A stretch of 64,000 bases of DNA from Alphaproteobacteria bacterium (GTDB lineage: Bacteria; Pseudomonadota; Alphaproteobacteria; Rs-D84). The position numbers and the translations under genes were made by a program. Location of the stretch: positions 19,537-83,536 of the forward strand of contig JAGCOR010000025.1 of the NCBI GenBank assembly GCA_017642585.1. Reading direction: 5' to 3'. The notes under the pieces are model-generated. The model was not told the DNA's origin. It did not search any database and saw only the letters and a list, made by a program, of their open reading frames with translations. Every line of letters starts with the position of its first letter. Position 1 is the stretch's first letter. Below are positions 7,888 to 17,112 of this stretch, piece after piece.

Positions 7888-10083
7888 ATGAAAATTAACG
7901 TTTTTTCAGTATTGTTGATATGTTGTGCAACTGTCGCTGTGGCTGCAGATCGCAGTCAGGCGCGTGTTGGAATGGCTGGGGCCCGTGGTAGTATGCGATC
8001 TGCATCTATCAGTGCTAAAGACGTAAAAGAAGTCAAAGAGGCTGTTGCTGCGAAGGAAGAAGTAGCGGAGCCCGAAGAAGTCAGTGTTGAAGATGTTGTT
8101 GACGATGTCGACGATGCGGAAGAAATTGTTGAAGAAGAAGTCGAAGAAGTTGTAGAAACCAAGAAATCCGGCAAAAAAGAAAAGGCTAAGGCGGTATCAG
8201 GCGATTGTCGTGATGCATATCGTGAATGTATGGATAATTTCTGTATGTTAGACGAAAGCCAGGGTGAACGTTGCGCATGTTCTGAAAATATAAATTCTGC
8301 CAAAAAGAAGATTAAAGAGGTTTTGGATATCCAAGCCGAAGCGGATAAATTATTTACCGAAGGTGTGGAACGTGAACAGTTGGGTGCCAAGGCACGTCTG
8401 GTTTTCGGTGAAAATAATCAAAATAAAAAAGTTTCAAATGCTAACTTTATGTCTTGGTTGAGCAGTGACAGTGAAGAGGACGAAGAAGTTGGTGAAGATG
8501 TCACAATGGGTGAAGATTTGTATAAAATGGCTGCAAAGTATTGTAAATCTGAATTGGCATCTTGTGGTGACAAGGGTGAAATGGAAGAAATGTTATATAC
8601 TCGTTTGGTTGCCCAGGATTGTAAAAGTTATGATGCATACTTGAAAGATCAAAAAACAAATGCAGAATCTAATAAACGCATAGCGGAAGCTGCGGTCCGC
8701 AAGGCACGTTTGGAAATGTTAGATACTACAAACAAATATAATCGTGGTGAATGTTTGTTGGCTTATCGTTCTTGTATTGCGGATAAAGGTGGATGCGGAA
8801 CTAATTTCGAAAACTGTTTGGATGAAAAATTGTTAAAACGTCGTTCTAATGCATGTGATAATGTTTTGGATCAATGTATGGCGACACGTGATTATGTTAA
8901 AAAAGATTGGGAAGAAGAAATGAAAAGCGTTTTGGCCGAAGCGACCAAGTACGCAGATAAATATGAACGCGCAACATGTTTGGCAAAAATTCAAGATTGT
9001 TTGGAAGAAGGTTGTTCAACATCTACAAATGCTGAATGTTTAAGTGATGTTAATGTTGCTGCTGGTATTTGCCCAATTATTACAGAATGTGATGCAAAAA
9101 TCCCAGGATTACAGGCTGTGGTCAATGATAAATTGGGATATTTGCAAACAAAATTCTGTGAAAATGATGTAGATAAATGTTTGCGTGATAAATGCGGTCA
9201 AGATTTCACCAAGGCTGAATGTGTTGGTAAAAAACCATACGAAATTGCTGCTTTGTGCCCACAGAGTATGTTCCCGTCATGCAAAACAGCAGAACAATTT
9301 GATATAATCGTTCAATCTGCGATGTTGCAGTTAGATTATCAAATGTTGCAAGGTTGTGTGAATTATTTCAGTGAACAATTATCCAAGGTTTGCGGAACAG
9401 ATATGACCTGTTTGCCAATAGATACAGTAATCGAATCTTTGACCAAGTTGCCAGATGATTCCAAGAAGTTGACAGAATTGCGTAAAACTGTAATCGCTAA
9501 TTCTGATGCTGCGGTGGAAGAATTCTTTCAACAGTTTGAACAAGAAAAAACAGTTGCTGCATGTTCAGACAGTCAAAGTGTCAAAGCCAAGAAAGTTAAA
9601 GGTAAAGAATCCGTTGGTGTGAACGTTTTCAATACTGCAAAATTGATAGCGAAGATGTCCGCTGAAAATCGTAATTTGCGTGAATTGGATTCTAAGATTG
9701 CAGAATTGGCACGCAAAGAAGATATTGAAACAGCTCGCAAGACATGTTTAGAAACTTATAAACCAGAATCACCAAAAGAATCTAAGAGTAATTACAGTTA
9801 TATCCATACTGTTTCATTTGAAGAAAAATTGCGTAATTGCCACGTGTGTCGTATACAACAAGTTTGTGAAGAAGGTGGTGAATCCAAGGCAACATCTGCT
9901 TTGAAAGCTGCTGCGGGTGGTTTGTCTGCTGGTGCGTCTGCTGGAACTATGATAAGCGCTGGATGGGGTACTGCGATTGGTGGTGTTGTGGGTGCGGTTG
10001 GTGCCGGTATTTTGGGTGCCGCGTCTGGTGGTAAAAAAGATTTTTGTCAGGAAGTTGAATCTTGCGAAGATATAAACATGTAG
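7888..10083 (+). CDS. Secreted cysteine-rich protein, family member B (731 aa) with a C-terminal glycine-zipper segment
   Basis: Signal peptide MKINVFSVLLICCATVAVA. Acidic E/V/D tract (aa ~46-91). Signature CRDAYRECMDNFCMLDESQGERCACS. 36 Cys in the mature part by my hand count. Tail is CHVC...AGGLSAGASAGTMISAGWGTAIGGVVGAVGAGILGAASGG...CEDINM. Confidence 0.75.
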   Translation: MKINVFSVLLICCATVAVAADRSQARVGMAGARGSMRSASISAKDVKEVKEAVAAKEEVAEPEEVSVEDVVDDVDDAEEIVEEEVEEVVETKKSGKKEKAKAVSGDCRDAYRECMDNFCMLDESQGERCACSENINSAKKKIKEVLDIQAEADKLFTEGVEREQLGAKARLVFGENNQNKKVSNANFMSWLSSDSEEDEEVGEDVTMGEDLYKMAAKYCKSELASCGDKGEMEEMLYTRLVAQDCKSYDAYLKDQKTNAESNKRIAEAAVRKARLEMLDTTNKYNRGECLLAYRSCIADKGGCGTNFENCLDEKLLKRRSNACDNVLDQCMATRDYVKKDWEEEMKSVLAEATKYADKYERATCLAKIQDCLEEGCSTSTNAECLSDVNVAAGICPIITECDAKIPGLQAVVNDKLGYLQTKFCENDVDKCLRDKCGQDFTKAECVGKKPYEIAALCPQSMFPSCKTAEQFDIIVQSAMLQLDYQMLQGCVNYFSEQLSKVCGTDMTCLPIDTVIESLTKLPDDSKKLTELRKTVIANSDAAVEEFFQQFEQEKTVAACSDSQSVKAKKVKGKESVGVNVFNTAKLIAKMSAENRNLRELDSKIAELARKEDIETARKTCLETYKPESPKESKSNYSYIHTVSFEEKLRNCHVCRIQQVCEEGGESKATSALKAAAGGLSAGASAGTMISAGWGTAIGGVVGAVGAGILGAASGGKKDFCQEVESCEDINM
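8206..8283 (+). other. Family signature motif, member B
   Basis: Translation CRDAYRECMDNFCMLDESQGERCACS at aa 107-132. Confidence 0.8.
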
Positions 10084-10104
10084 GGCAATACAGGAGAAGA
10101 GAAC

Positions 10105-12759
10105 ATGAGAAAAATATTAAAATTTGGTTTTCTGGTTGGAATATTGACTGTATTTGTAGGTACGGTTGATGCGTTTGCTGCAAAAAAGCAAGCTGCGATA
10201 AATATGGGAACCAAAGTTCGTGGCAAAGTAGAAGCCAAAGGTGTTTATGATCAAGAATGTTATGATGCATATTATGGCTGTATGGATCAATTCTGTATTG
10301 TAGATAATGAAATGGGCGGATCGTGTAATTGCAGTAATGAAGTGAAAAAATATGAATCTGCATTGGACGAAATTAAAAATATGTTGGCAGAAGCCGAACG
10401 TATTGGAACGGAAGAGGTTGAAAAAGTTCAGGCTGGTGCAAATGCGGATATTTTGTTTAATGGCGAAAGAAAATATGATTCAAAAGGCAATGTGGTAGCG
10501 ACAAAAGCAACGAAAGATAAAACAGAAATTAACAAATCTCTGTGGTCAACATCTTCATTGTATGATAATGATGAAGAAGAGAACGAAGAAGATGAAGAAG
10601 CAGAAGATAGCGTAGCCGGAAAGACAGGTGATGAATTATATGCCGTTGCAAACAAAATTTGTAAAGCACAAATGGACAAAGAATGTGCGGGCGATTTAAA
10701 AGTTTTGGTCCAAATGTATTCACGTCAAATTGCGTCAGATTGTAAAGGTTTGGCGAACAGTATCGAACAAAAGAAGGGCGAAGCCAAGTCCGCTTTGGCA
10801 GAAGCAAACAAAGCGGTGCGTAGTGCTTTGAAGGAATCTTTGGAAGAATCTAATAAATACGATCGTGGAACATGTATGGTCGAATATAAAAAATGTATGC
10901 GCACTGAAGATGCGTGTGGTGAAGATTGGTCAAATTGCGTGTTTACGATTGCATCTGAAAATATGCAAAACAACTCATCAGGTAGCGTTGCAGGAACCAA
11001 AGTTGAAACTATAAATACTTATGATATTACTGCATCTACAATGGAAATTTTGGAATCAAAACGTTTCATCTGTGAAAAAGTTTTGGATAGTTGTGTCGCG
11101 GTTCGTAATTACATATGGGATGATTTCTTACGCGAAGCAGCGCCAACGATCCGTTTGGCAGAACAAAATGTTGAATCCAACAAACGTCAATCTTGTTTGA
11201 AAGATATTTCCAATTGTATTCAGAAAGCATGTAAAGATGATATCGAAGGCAAGGGCGTTGACACAATGGATGCATGTTTGGCGCGTCCAGATATGGCACG
11301 TTCTTTCTGTAAAATTCAAATTGATCCTTGTGAACGTATGGAACCACAAATTTGGGATTACGTGGTAAGTAAATTGGCCGCTATGCGTGTTGATGCATGT
11401 ACCCAGGAAGTTAAAGATTGCTTTACATCCGAAGACAGATGTGGAAAAGATTTTGTAAATTGTATTGGTATGGATTATAAATATATCCATGATATCTGCC
11501 CAATCGATAAATTGGTTGTATGTAAACAAACAAACCCAGATTTCAAAATGTCTGATTTGGATGATATGTTGATGGGATTGTATCTGAATATTGATAATAA
11601 AGCTCTGGAAAATTGTCAAAAATTAGTTGATGAGAAAATGTTAGAGATTTGTGGCAGTACAACAGATTGTAACTCTTTTGCTACCGATGATTCTTTGGGA
11701 ACAGGCAGTTTAAATTATCAGAAAGATGGTAGTGTACATGTGGTTACAGGTAGAATAAGTTTTGGAAAGATTAAAATTGGAACATCAGCCGAAGATGCAG
11801 GGTTGATAGATATTCAAGGTTATGTGGATTATTTATCTGAAGCTCAGGTTGTTCCAGAAGAATATGTTGGTATTGCTGATTCTATTTTGTATGAATTAGA
11901 AAACATCCAAGGTACGATAAATCGTGCGGTGAAATTGATAGAAAACGATCCAAAAATCCAATTTTGTGTCGAAGGACGTGATTTGTCACAAATCAAGGGT
12001 GCAACAAAAACTAAATCTGGTAAAAAGAAGACAGAAAAAACCGAAGGACGTTTCCCAAATTTGTTAAATCAAGTGAAAATACAAATAGCGAACGCAGCGT
12101 TACGTAAAGCACAAGACAATTATAATCTAAAATATAATGAATATGTGGCGAAAGCGATGTCTGCGGCAGATGTGGATATGGCAAATTTGATGTGTAATAA
12201 ATTACCTGCGGGTGGTGACACAGGAGTTAGCAAACAGGAGCTTGATGGACCTGGATTAGAAAACGTTAATGCATTGGTGTTGCAATATGGTGGTGTTGCA
12301 AATTCATCTTTGTTTAAGGGTGGTACGAAGTCATCACAAAGAATTGGTGGGGCAAGGATGTCCACAGCCAGTGGTAGTGCCGCTGGTGGTTCAGATGGTG
12401 GTGCACTTGGCACAGTTGCTGGTACCATGGCAGGAATGTCTGGTAGTTTCTTAAGCATGGGTGGAAAGATAGCCAGTGCAGCTGTTTCCTTTAACCCTGC
12501 AGGTATGATTACTGATGCGGCGACAAAGGCGGTTGTGGCATTAGCATCTGATAAATACTCATCTGAATTTGATGGTGGGGTACGTGAAATGTGGTCTACG
12601 TTTAATCGTGAAACACGTATGTGTCATGTTTGTACATCAACAATAACTCAAGATTGTAAAAACAAAGGTAGTCGTGGATTCTTGGGATTGTGGGATTCAC
12701 GTGGTGTAGAATGTAAATCGGGTACGCCAGTTGAAACATGTCAGGATATTCAAATGTAA
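10105..12759 (+). CDS. Secreted cysteine-rich protein, family member C (884 aa)
   Basis: AGGAGAAG RBS and a 21-nt gap after member B. Signal peptide ...VGTVDAFA. Signature CYDAYYGCMDQFCIVDNEMGGSCNCS. Gly/Ala/Ser/Met-rich hydrophobic region near the C-terminus. Tail MCHVC...CQDIQM parallels member B. Confidence 0.75.
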   Translation: MRKILKFGFLVGILTVFVGTVDAFAAKKQAAINMGTKVRGKVEAKGVYDQECYDAYYGCMDQFCIVDNEMGGSCNCSNEVKKYESALDEIKNMLAEAERIGTEEVEKVQAGANADILFNGERKYDSKGNVVATKATKDKTEINKSLWSTSSLYDNDEEENEEDEEAEDSVAGKTGDELYAVANKICKAQMDKECAGDLKVLVQMYSRQIASDCKGLANSIEQKKGEAKSALAEANKAVRSALKESLEESNKYDRGTCMVEYKKCMRTEDACGEDWSNCVFTIASENMQNNSSGSVAGTKVETINTYDITASTMEILESKRFICEKVLDSCVAVRNYIWDDFLREAAPTIRLAEQNVESNKRQSCLKDISNCIQKACKDDIEGKGVDTMDACLARPDMARSFCKIQIDPCERMEPQIWDYVVSKLAAMRVDACTQEVKDCFTSEDRCGKDFVNCIGMDYKYIHDICPIDKLVVCKQTNPDFKMSDLDDMLMGLYLNIDNKALENCQKLVDEKMLEICGSTTDCNSFATDDSLGTGSLNYQKDGSVHVVTGRISFGKIKIGTSAEDAGLIDIQGYVDYLSEAQVVPEEYVGIADSILYELENIQGTINRAVKLIENDPKIQFCVEGRDLSQIKGATKTKSGKKKTEKTEGRFPNLLNQVKIQIANAALRKAQDNYNLKYNEYVAKAMSAADVDMANLMCNKLPAGGDTGVSKQELDGPGLENVNALVLQYGGVANSSLFKGGTKSSQRIGGARMSTASGSAAGGSDGGALGTVAGTMAGMSGSFLSMGGKIASAAVSFNPAGMITDAATKAVVALASDKYSSEFDGGVREMWSTFNRETRMCHVCTSTITQDCKNKGSRGFLGLWDSRGVECKSGTPVETCQDIQM
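10258..10332 (+). other. Family signature motif, member C
   Basis: Translation CYDAYYGCMDQFCIVDNEMGGSCNCS at aa 52-76. Confidence 0.8.
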
Positions 12760-12777
12760 GATAGTATGTGTTTGAGT

Positions 12778-12806
12778 AAAAACCGCCGTTATTGGCGGTT
12801 TTTTGT
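12778..12806 (+). terminator. Rho-independent terminator after the B-C operon
   Basis: AACCGCC-gttatt-GGCGGTT followed by TTTTTG. Confidence 0.65.
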
Positions 12807-12901
12807 TTGTATATTATCATTTCATTCCTGAATATTTTTATATATTTATTTGCTATAATGTAATTAATTGGAAAACAAAAATATATCAAGGAGAAAACAA
12901 A

Positions 12902-13255
12902 ATGAAAAAAATATCTTTGTTTGCAGTTTTAACATTGGTTCCATTATGTGGTGCCATGGCAATGCAAAACAACCAGGCAAAAAACAATACGAATAATCAA
13001 CCAACCTATTGGTCGGTAACAGAAGTAATGACTTTGCCAGACAACACACCTGTGAAAATGCGCGGTCGTATTACAAAAAATATGGGTGATAATATTTATA
13101 TGTTCGAAGATTCTTCGGGGACTGTCATGTTGGAAATAGAAGAAGAAGATTGGAACGGTAAAACGGTTCGTGTCAATGATATGGTTACCATATATGGTAA
13201 TGTTGACAAAGGAACTGATTATACCGAAATTGATGTTTATTCCGTTGAAAGATAA
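12902..13255 (+). CDS. YgiW/YdeI-type bacterial OB-fold (BOF) periplasmic protein
   Basis: Start at ATG 12902 (AAGGAGA upstream). Signal peptide MKKISLFAVLTLVPLCGAMA. The sequence ...VKMRGRITKNMGDNIYMFEDSSGTVMLEIEEEDWNG...VTIYGNVDK is typical of the family. Confidence 0.7.
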   Translation: MKKISLFAVLTLVPLCGAMAMQNNQAKNNTNNQPTYWSVTEVMTLPDNTPVKMRGRITKNMGDNIYMFEDSSGTVMLEIEEEDWNGKTVRVNDMVTIYGNVDKGTDYTEIDVYSVER

Positions 13256-13279
13256 AAATGCCCTTCGGGGCATTTTTAT
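13254..13279 (+). terminator. Rho-independent terminator
   Basis: AAATGCCC-ttcg-GGGCATTT followed by a T-run. Confidence 0.6.
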
Positions 13280-13332
13280 TTAATACTTTTATATTTTTTT
13301 GATTACTTTTTTGTGATATAATATCAGTAATT

Positions 13333-14313
13333 ATGAAGGTGAGAAATACTGTTTTTTCATTGCTGTTGATGCTGTCTGTGGCACCTGCATTTGCGGGGTG
13401 GGAATACGATGGATATTATGTGGATGATGGCATATACACCGAAGATGGTTTACGATTTGTTATCAATGTTCGTGGTGGTTTTTCTTTTGCCGATGCCAAA
13501 ATGCAAAATGATATTGGCAGTTTGTATGGCTATTATTATGTAAACGATGATAATGGTGATGTTATATCGTGGATTGGATATGAGAACGCAGGATCGCCCA
13601 GTGGTTATACTTTCGCGGGATATGGCGATTTATCTAAATTGCCAATCAAAAAAAGATTTGATAAAAGTGTTTTCACTGCTGGGGTCAGTTTGGGATTTAC
13701 TGTGCCAAATCATACCCAATGGCGTGTTGAAGCGGGCTATGATCACATAGCAGAAACAAATTATAATCAAATGCCTTTGATAGAAGGTAATTTGCCTGTT
13801 ACTGGTGGCAGTATAGAAAATGCAGTGGTTCATGTCGGCAGTATGGGGATAAAATCTACTATCGCGACAGATGTTATATCTATAATGGGATTCTATGATT
13901 TCTTTAACGGCACATACAAACCTATGAATCAAATCGTTCCATATGTTGGGTTTGGAATGGGGTATGCTATATCAAAAACAACACTACATTTGTCTGATAT
14001 TTATGGCGATTTGTCTACGGATACAGATTTACAAAAATATGGCACTGTGGACAGCGAAGGTATTTTACAATTTGATAACCCAACTGATGCCAGTTTGTAT
14101 CCTGATTCTACGGATATCGCTCTGTTGGGGGCGGTGGGGTTGTCTTACGGTATAACATCTTATGCGTTCTTAGATTTCCAGGCGCGATTAATTTATATTC
14201 CAAAAATCATGTGGAATATTTCAAACAGTGCAGGCACAATGCATCGCGAATGGTTCAGTGCTGAAAATATGGTTTACACCAATTTATTGGTTGGTGTCAG
14301 ATTTGAATTTTAA
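13333..14313 (+). CDS. Outer-membrane beta-barrel protein (family not resolved)
   Basis: Signal peptide ...LSVAPAFA. Alternating aromatic/Gly-rich strands. The C-terminal ...LLVGVRFEF ends in Phe, as in OMP sorting signals. Confidence 0.5.
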   Translation: MKVRNTVFSLLLMLSVAPAFAGWEYDGYYVDDGIYTEDGLRFVINVRGGFSFADAKMQNDIGSLYGYYYVNDDNGDVISWIGYENAGSPSGYTFAGYGDLSKLPIKKRFDKSVFTAGVSLGFTVPNHTQWRVEAGYDHIAETNYNQMPLIEGNLPVTGGSIENAVVHVGSMGIKSTIATDVISIMGFYDFFNGTYKPMNQIVPYVGFGMGYAISKTTLHLSDIYGDLSTDTDLQKYGTVDSEGILQFDNPTDASLYPDSTDIALLGAVGLSYGITSYAFLDFQARLIYIPKIMWNISNSAGTMHREWFSAENMVYTNLLVGVRFEF

Positions 14314-14326
14314 TCAATTATTTTTG

Positions 14327-15433
14327 TTAGAAAAATAAGCTGTGTTTTGGCTCGTTAAATATCCATGCCGGGTCAACCGATTTGTTGCCACGTCTGACCT
14401 CTAAATACATTTCAGGACGGCTTTCATTCATACGCCCCAAAGGTTCGCCAGCTAAAAATTCCTGGCCAACCAAGGCGTCGATTTCGCCCATGTTTGTCAT
14501 GACTGTGTTATATCCATTTTTGTGCGACATAATTATAACTTTGCCAAATCCGCGGAAATTATCTGCAAATTTAACAACGCCGTCAGCTGGTGCAGTAACA
14601 ATTGTTGTTCCGCGCGTATGGATGCGCCATCCGTCTGATTTTAAACCCAATGCAGTTTTTTCACCGTATTTAACAACCAATTTTCCACGAACTGGCGGTG
14701 TTAATTTACGTCTTGAAAAACGAGTGTCCCCGGACATTTCAGATGAACCAACCCCCGCGGACAATTCGGAAATATTTTTTGCCTGGGCAGATAAAGTTCT
14801 TAATTTTTCTTGGATTGCCAATTGTTGATTTTTTAATTTTACATTTTGTGCGGAACGCGTTTTTAATAATTTATCCAGATTATTTTTTTCATTGGTATAT
14901 CTTTTTGCACTGCGGTCCAATTTTTCTTTTTCGATCGCGCGTTCTTCGCGGATTTTATCCAATTCCTTGATTTTTTTTGTCGCGTCCATTATTTGTTCAT
15001 CAAATTGGTCTGCTGCAGATGCCAACACCACAGATGTTAAAACATATTCATGCATGGTTTCGGAATCAAAAGTTGGATTTGATGCGATAAATAAAATGCT
15101 GGATGTAGCGTCAGATATACCATCATAACTTTTGGATAAATCTTTGTTTATAATATCGCGTTGTGCATCCAATTCGGCAATACGTTTCGCCAGGGCAGAG
15201 CGTTGTTCTTCTAAATCACTGACCTGGTTGGCGGCTTTGACCAATTTTTTCTTGGTCTGTTCCATATCTTTGACAGAGGTGATAATTTGCTGTTCCAGTT
15301 TTTTGTTTTGCTGTTCAGTTTGCTTGATTTGATTTTGAATTTTTATCAATTCTGTATTCGAAAAACATGGGCTGGCGATAAACCCACATATAAAACCTAA
15401 AAAAATGACTTTGAAACGACCCATCAACCGCAT
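14327..15433 (-). CDS. EnvC-like murein hydrolase activator (coiled coil plus degenerate LytM/M23 domain)
   Basis: Signal peptide, then ~230 aa of Q/K/E-rich coiled coil, then a C-terminal LytM domain. The usual HLHFE metal site reads MYLEVRR, as in EnvC-type activators. It lies divergently upstream of ctpA, as in many alphaproteobacteria. Confidence 0.7.
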   Translation of the reverse strand: MRLMGRFKVIFLGFICGFIASPCFSNTELIKIQNQIKQTEQQNKKLEQQIITSVKDMEQTKKKLVKAANQVSDLEEQRSALAKRIAELDAQRDIINKDLSKSYDGISDATSSILFIASNPTFDSETMHEYVLTSVVLASAADQFDEQIMDATKKIKELDKIREERAIEKEKLDRSAKRYTNEKNNLDKLLKTRSAQNVKLKNQQLAIQEKLRTLSAQAKNISELSAGVGSSEMSGDTRFSRRKLTPPVRGKLVVKYGEKTALGLKSDGWRIHTRGTTIVTAPADGVVKFADNFRGFGKVIIMSHKNGYNTVMTNMGEIDALVGQEFLAGEPLGRMNESRPEMYLEVRRGNKSVDPAWIFNEPKHSLFF

Positions 15434-15574
15434 TTTATCAAATCAGATTTGGTTTGTAAATCATGGATTTTATAAAAATTTAGCGAAATAAAAAAACTTG
15501 AAAAATCGTGTTGCACAACCTTTGTTTTTTTACTATGCTTTACGGAAGTAATCGTTGTAATAAAAGGAAATTTT

Positions 15575-17092
15575 ATGTTTAAAAAATTATTTTTATTGTT
15601 TGTTTTGTTAACCCCAATTGTTGCAGATGCTGCACCAAAGAATACCAAGAAGGAAGAACCTGTTGTTCATTTGACTGATGACCAGATTTATGCTGAATTG
15701 AAAAAATTGGCTTTGGTGTTCGAAACTGCACGCGATAAATTCGTAGAAGAAGCTGATGAACGCAAAATGTTAGAAGGCGCTATGAATGGTATGTTGGCGG
15801 CTTTGGATCCTCATTCATCCTATTTATCAAAAGAAGATTACAAAGAATTTAATGATAAATCACATGGCGAATTTGGTGGGTTGGGCATTCAAATAACCAG
15901 CGACAAAGGTGCAATTCGTGTTATTTCCCCAATTGATGATACGCCTGCGGCCAAGGCCGGAATTGAAGCGGGCGATTACATTACTCATATTGATGGTGAA
16001 CAGGTATTCGATTTGACTTTGAATCAGGCCGTTAAAAAAATGAAGGGTAAACCAGGAACCAAGGTTAAATTGACCATAGTTCATTCGGGCGAAGAACCCA
16101 AAGAAATCACTTTGAAACGTGCAATTATCAAAGTAAAATCTGTTAAGTATTCTGCCAAAGATGATACTGCGGCGGCAGATGATGATAAATTGGCAAAAAT
16201 CGGTTATATTCGTATATCTGATTTCGGCGCGACAACAACCAAGGAATTGAAAAACGCAATCAAAGATTTGGAAAAGAAAAAAGTTGCGGGTTATGTTTTA
16301 GATTTACGTAATAATCCTGGCGGATATTTAACCGCGGCTGTGGATGTGTCTGATGCATTTTTGGATGGCGGTGAAATTGTTTCCACACGTGGCAAAGAAA
16401 AAACAGACATAGACCGCATGTTTGCTAAATCTGGTGATTTGGTAAATGGAAAACCTGTGGTTGTATTGATAAACCATGGTTCTGCATCTGCATCTGAAAT
16501 TGTGGCGGGGGCATTGCAAGATAATGGTCGTGCAATTATTATGGGATCTCAAAGTTTTGGTAAAGGTTCTGTGCAACAGCAAAAACCTTTGGGTGATGGA
16601 TCTGCAATTCATATTACTATTGCACGTTATTACACACCAAGTGGCAAATCTATTCAAAACGAAGGTATTACACCTGATGTCGAAGTATTGCAGAGTAAAT
16701 TGGAAGTTCTGGAAAAGAAAGAAAGTATGTATTCCGAAGCTACATTTAAGAATTCTTTGAAAAATGATTCTGCCAAGAAAAAAGATTCTGCTAAAAAGAA
16801 AGACAAAAAGGCTGACAAATCAGATGATGATGACGAAGAAGATTTGTTAAGTTTGTCTGATGAAGAAAAAGACGAACGCGATTATCAATTGCAACGCGCA
16901 ATGGATATGGTTCGGGCTATGTCAAAAATAGGCAAGAAAAATATAGAATCAAAAGATAACAAGGAAGATAAAAAATCTGATAAAAAAGACAGCAAGAAAG
17001 ATTCTAAAGCTGAAGTAAAAAAAGAAGATAAAAAATCTGAAACTAAAAAAGAAGATAAGAAATCAGATACAAAAAAAGATAGCAAAAAATAA
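15575..17092 (+). CDS. ctpA: Carboxy-terminal processing protease (S41) with a Lys-rich repetitive tail
   Basis: GGLGIQI, a PDZ region, DLRNNPGG, the GSASASE catalytic-Ser region and SFGKGSVQ. The last ~110 aa are a K/D/S/E low-complexity tail. Confidence 0.9.
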   Translation: MFKKLFLLFVLLTPIVADAAPKNTKKEEPVVHLTDDQIYAELKKLALVFETARDKFVEEADERKMLEGAMNGMLAALDPHSSYLSKEDYKEFNDKSHGEFGGLGIQITSDKGAIRVISPIDDTPAAKAGIEAGDYITHIDGEQVFDLTLNQAVKKMKGKPGTKVKLTIVHSGEEPKEITLKRAIIKVKSVKYSAKDDTAAADDDKLAKIGYIRISDFGATTTKELKNAIKDLEKKKVAGYVLDLRNNPGGYLTAAVDVSDAFLDGGEIVSTRGKEKTDIDRMFAKSGDLVNGKPVVVLINHGSASASEIVAGALQDNGRAIIMGSQSFGKGSVQQQKPLGDGSAIHITIARYYTPSGKSIQNEGITPDVEVLQSKLEVLEKKESMYSEATFKNSLKNDSAKKKDSAKKKDKKADKSDDDDEEDLLSLSDEEKDERDYQLQRAMDMVRAMSKIGKKNIESKDNKEDKKSDKKDSKKDSKAEVKKEDKKSETKKEDKKSDTKKDSKK

Positions 17093-17112
17093 TATTGGGA
17101 TAGGTTAAAAAA

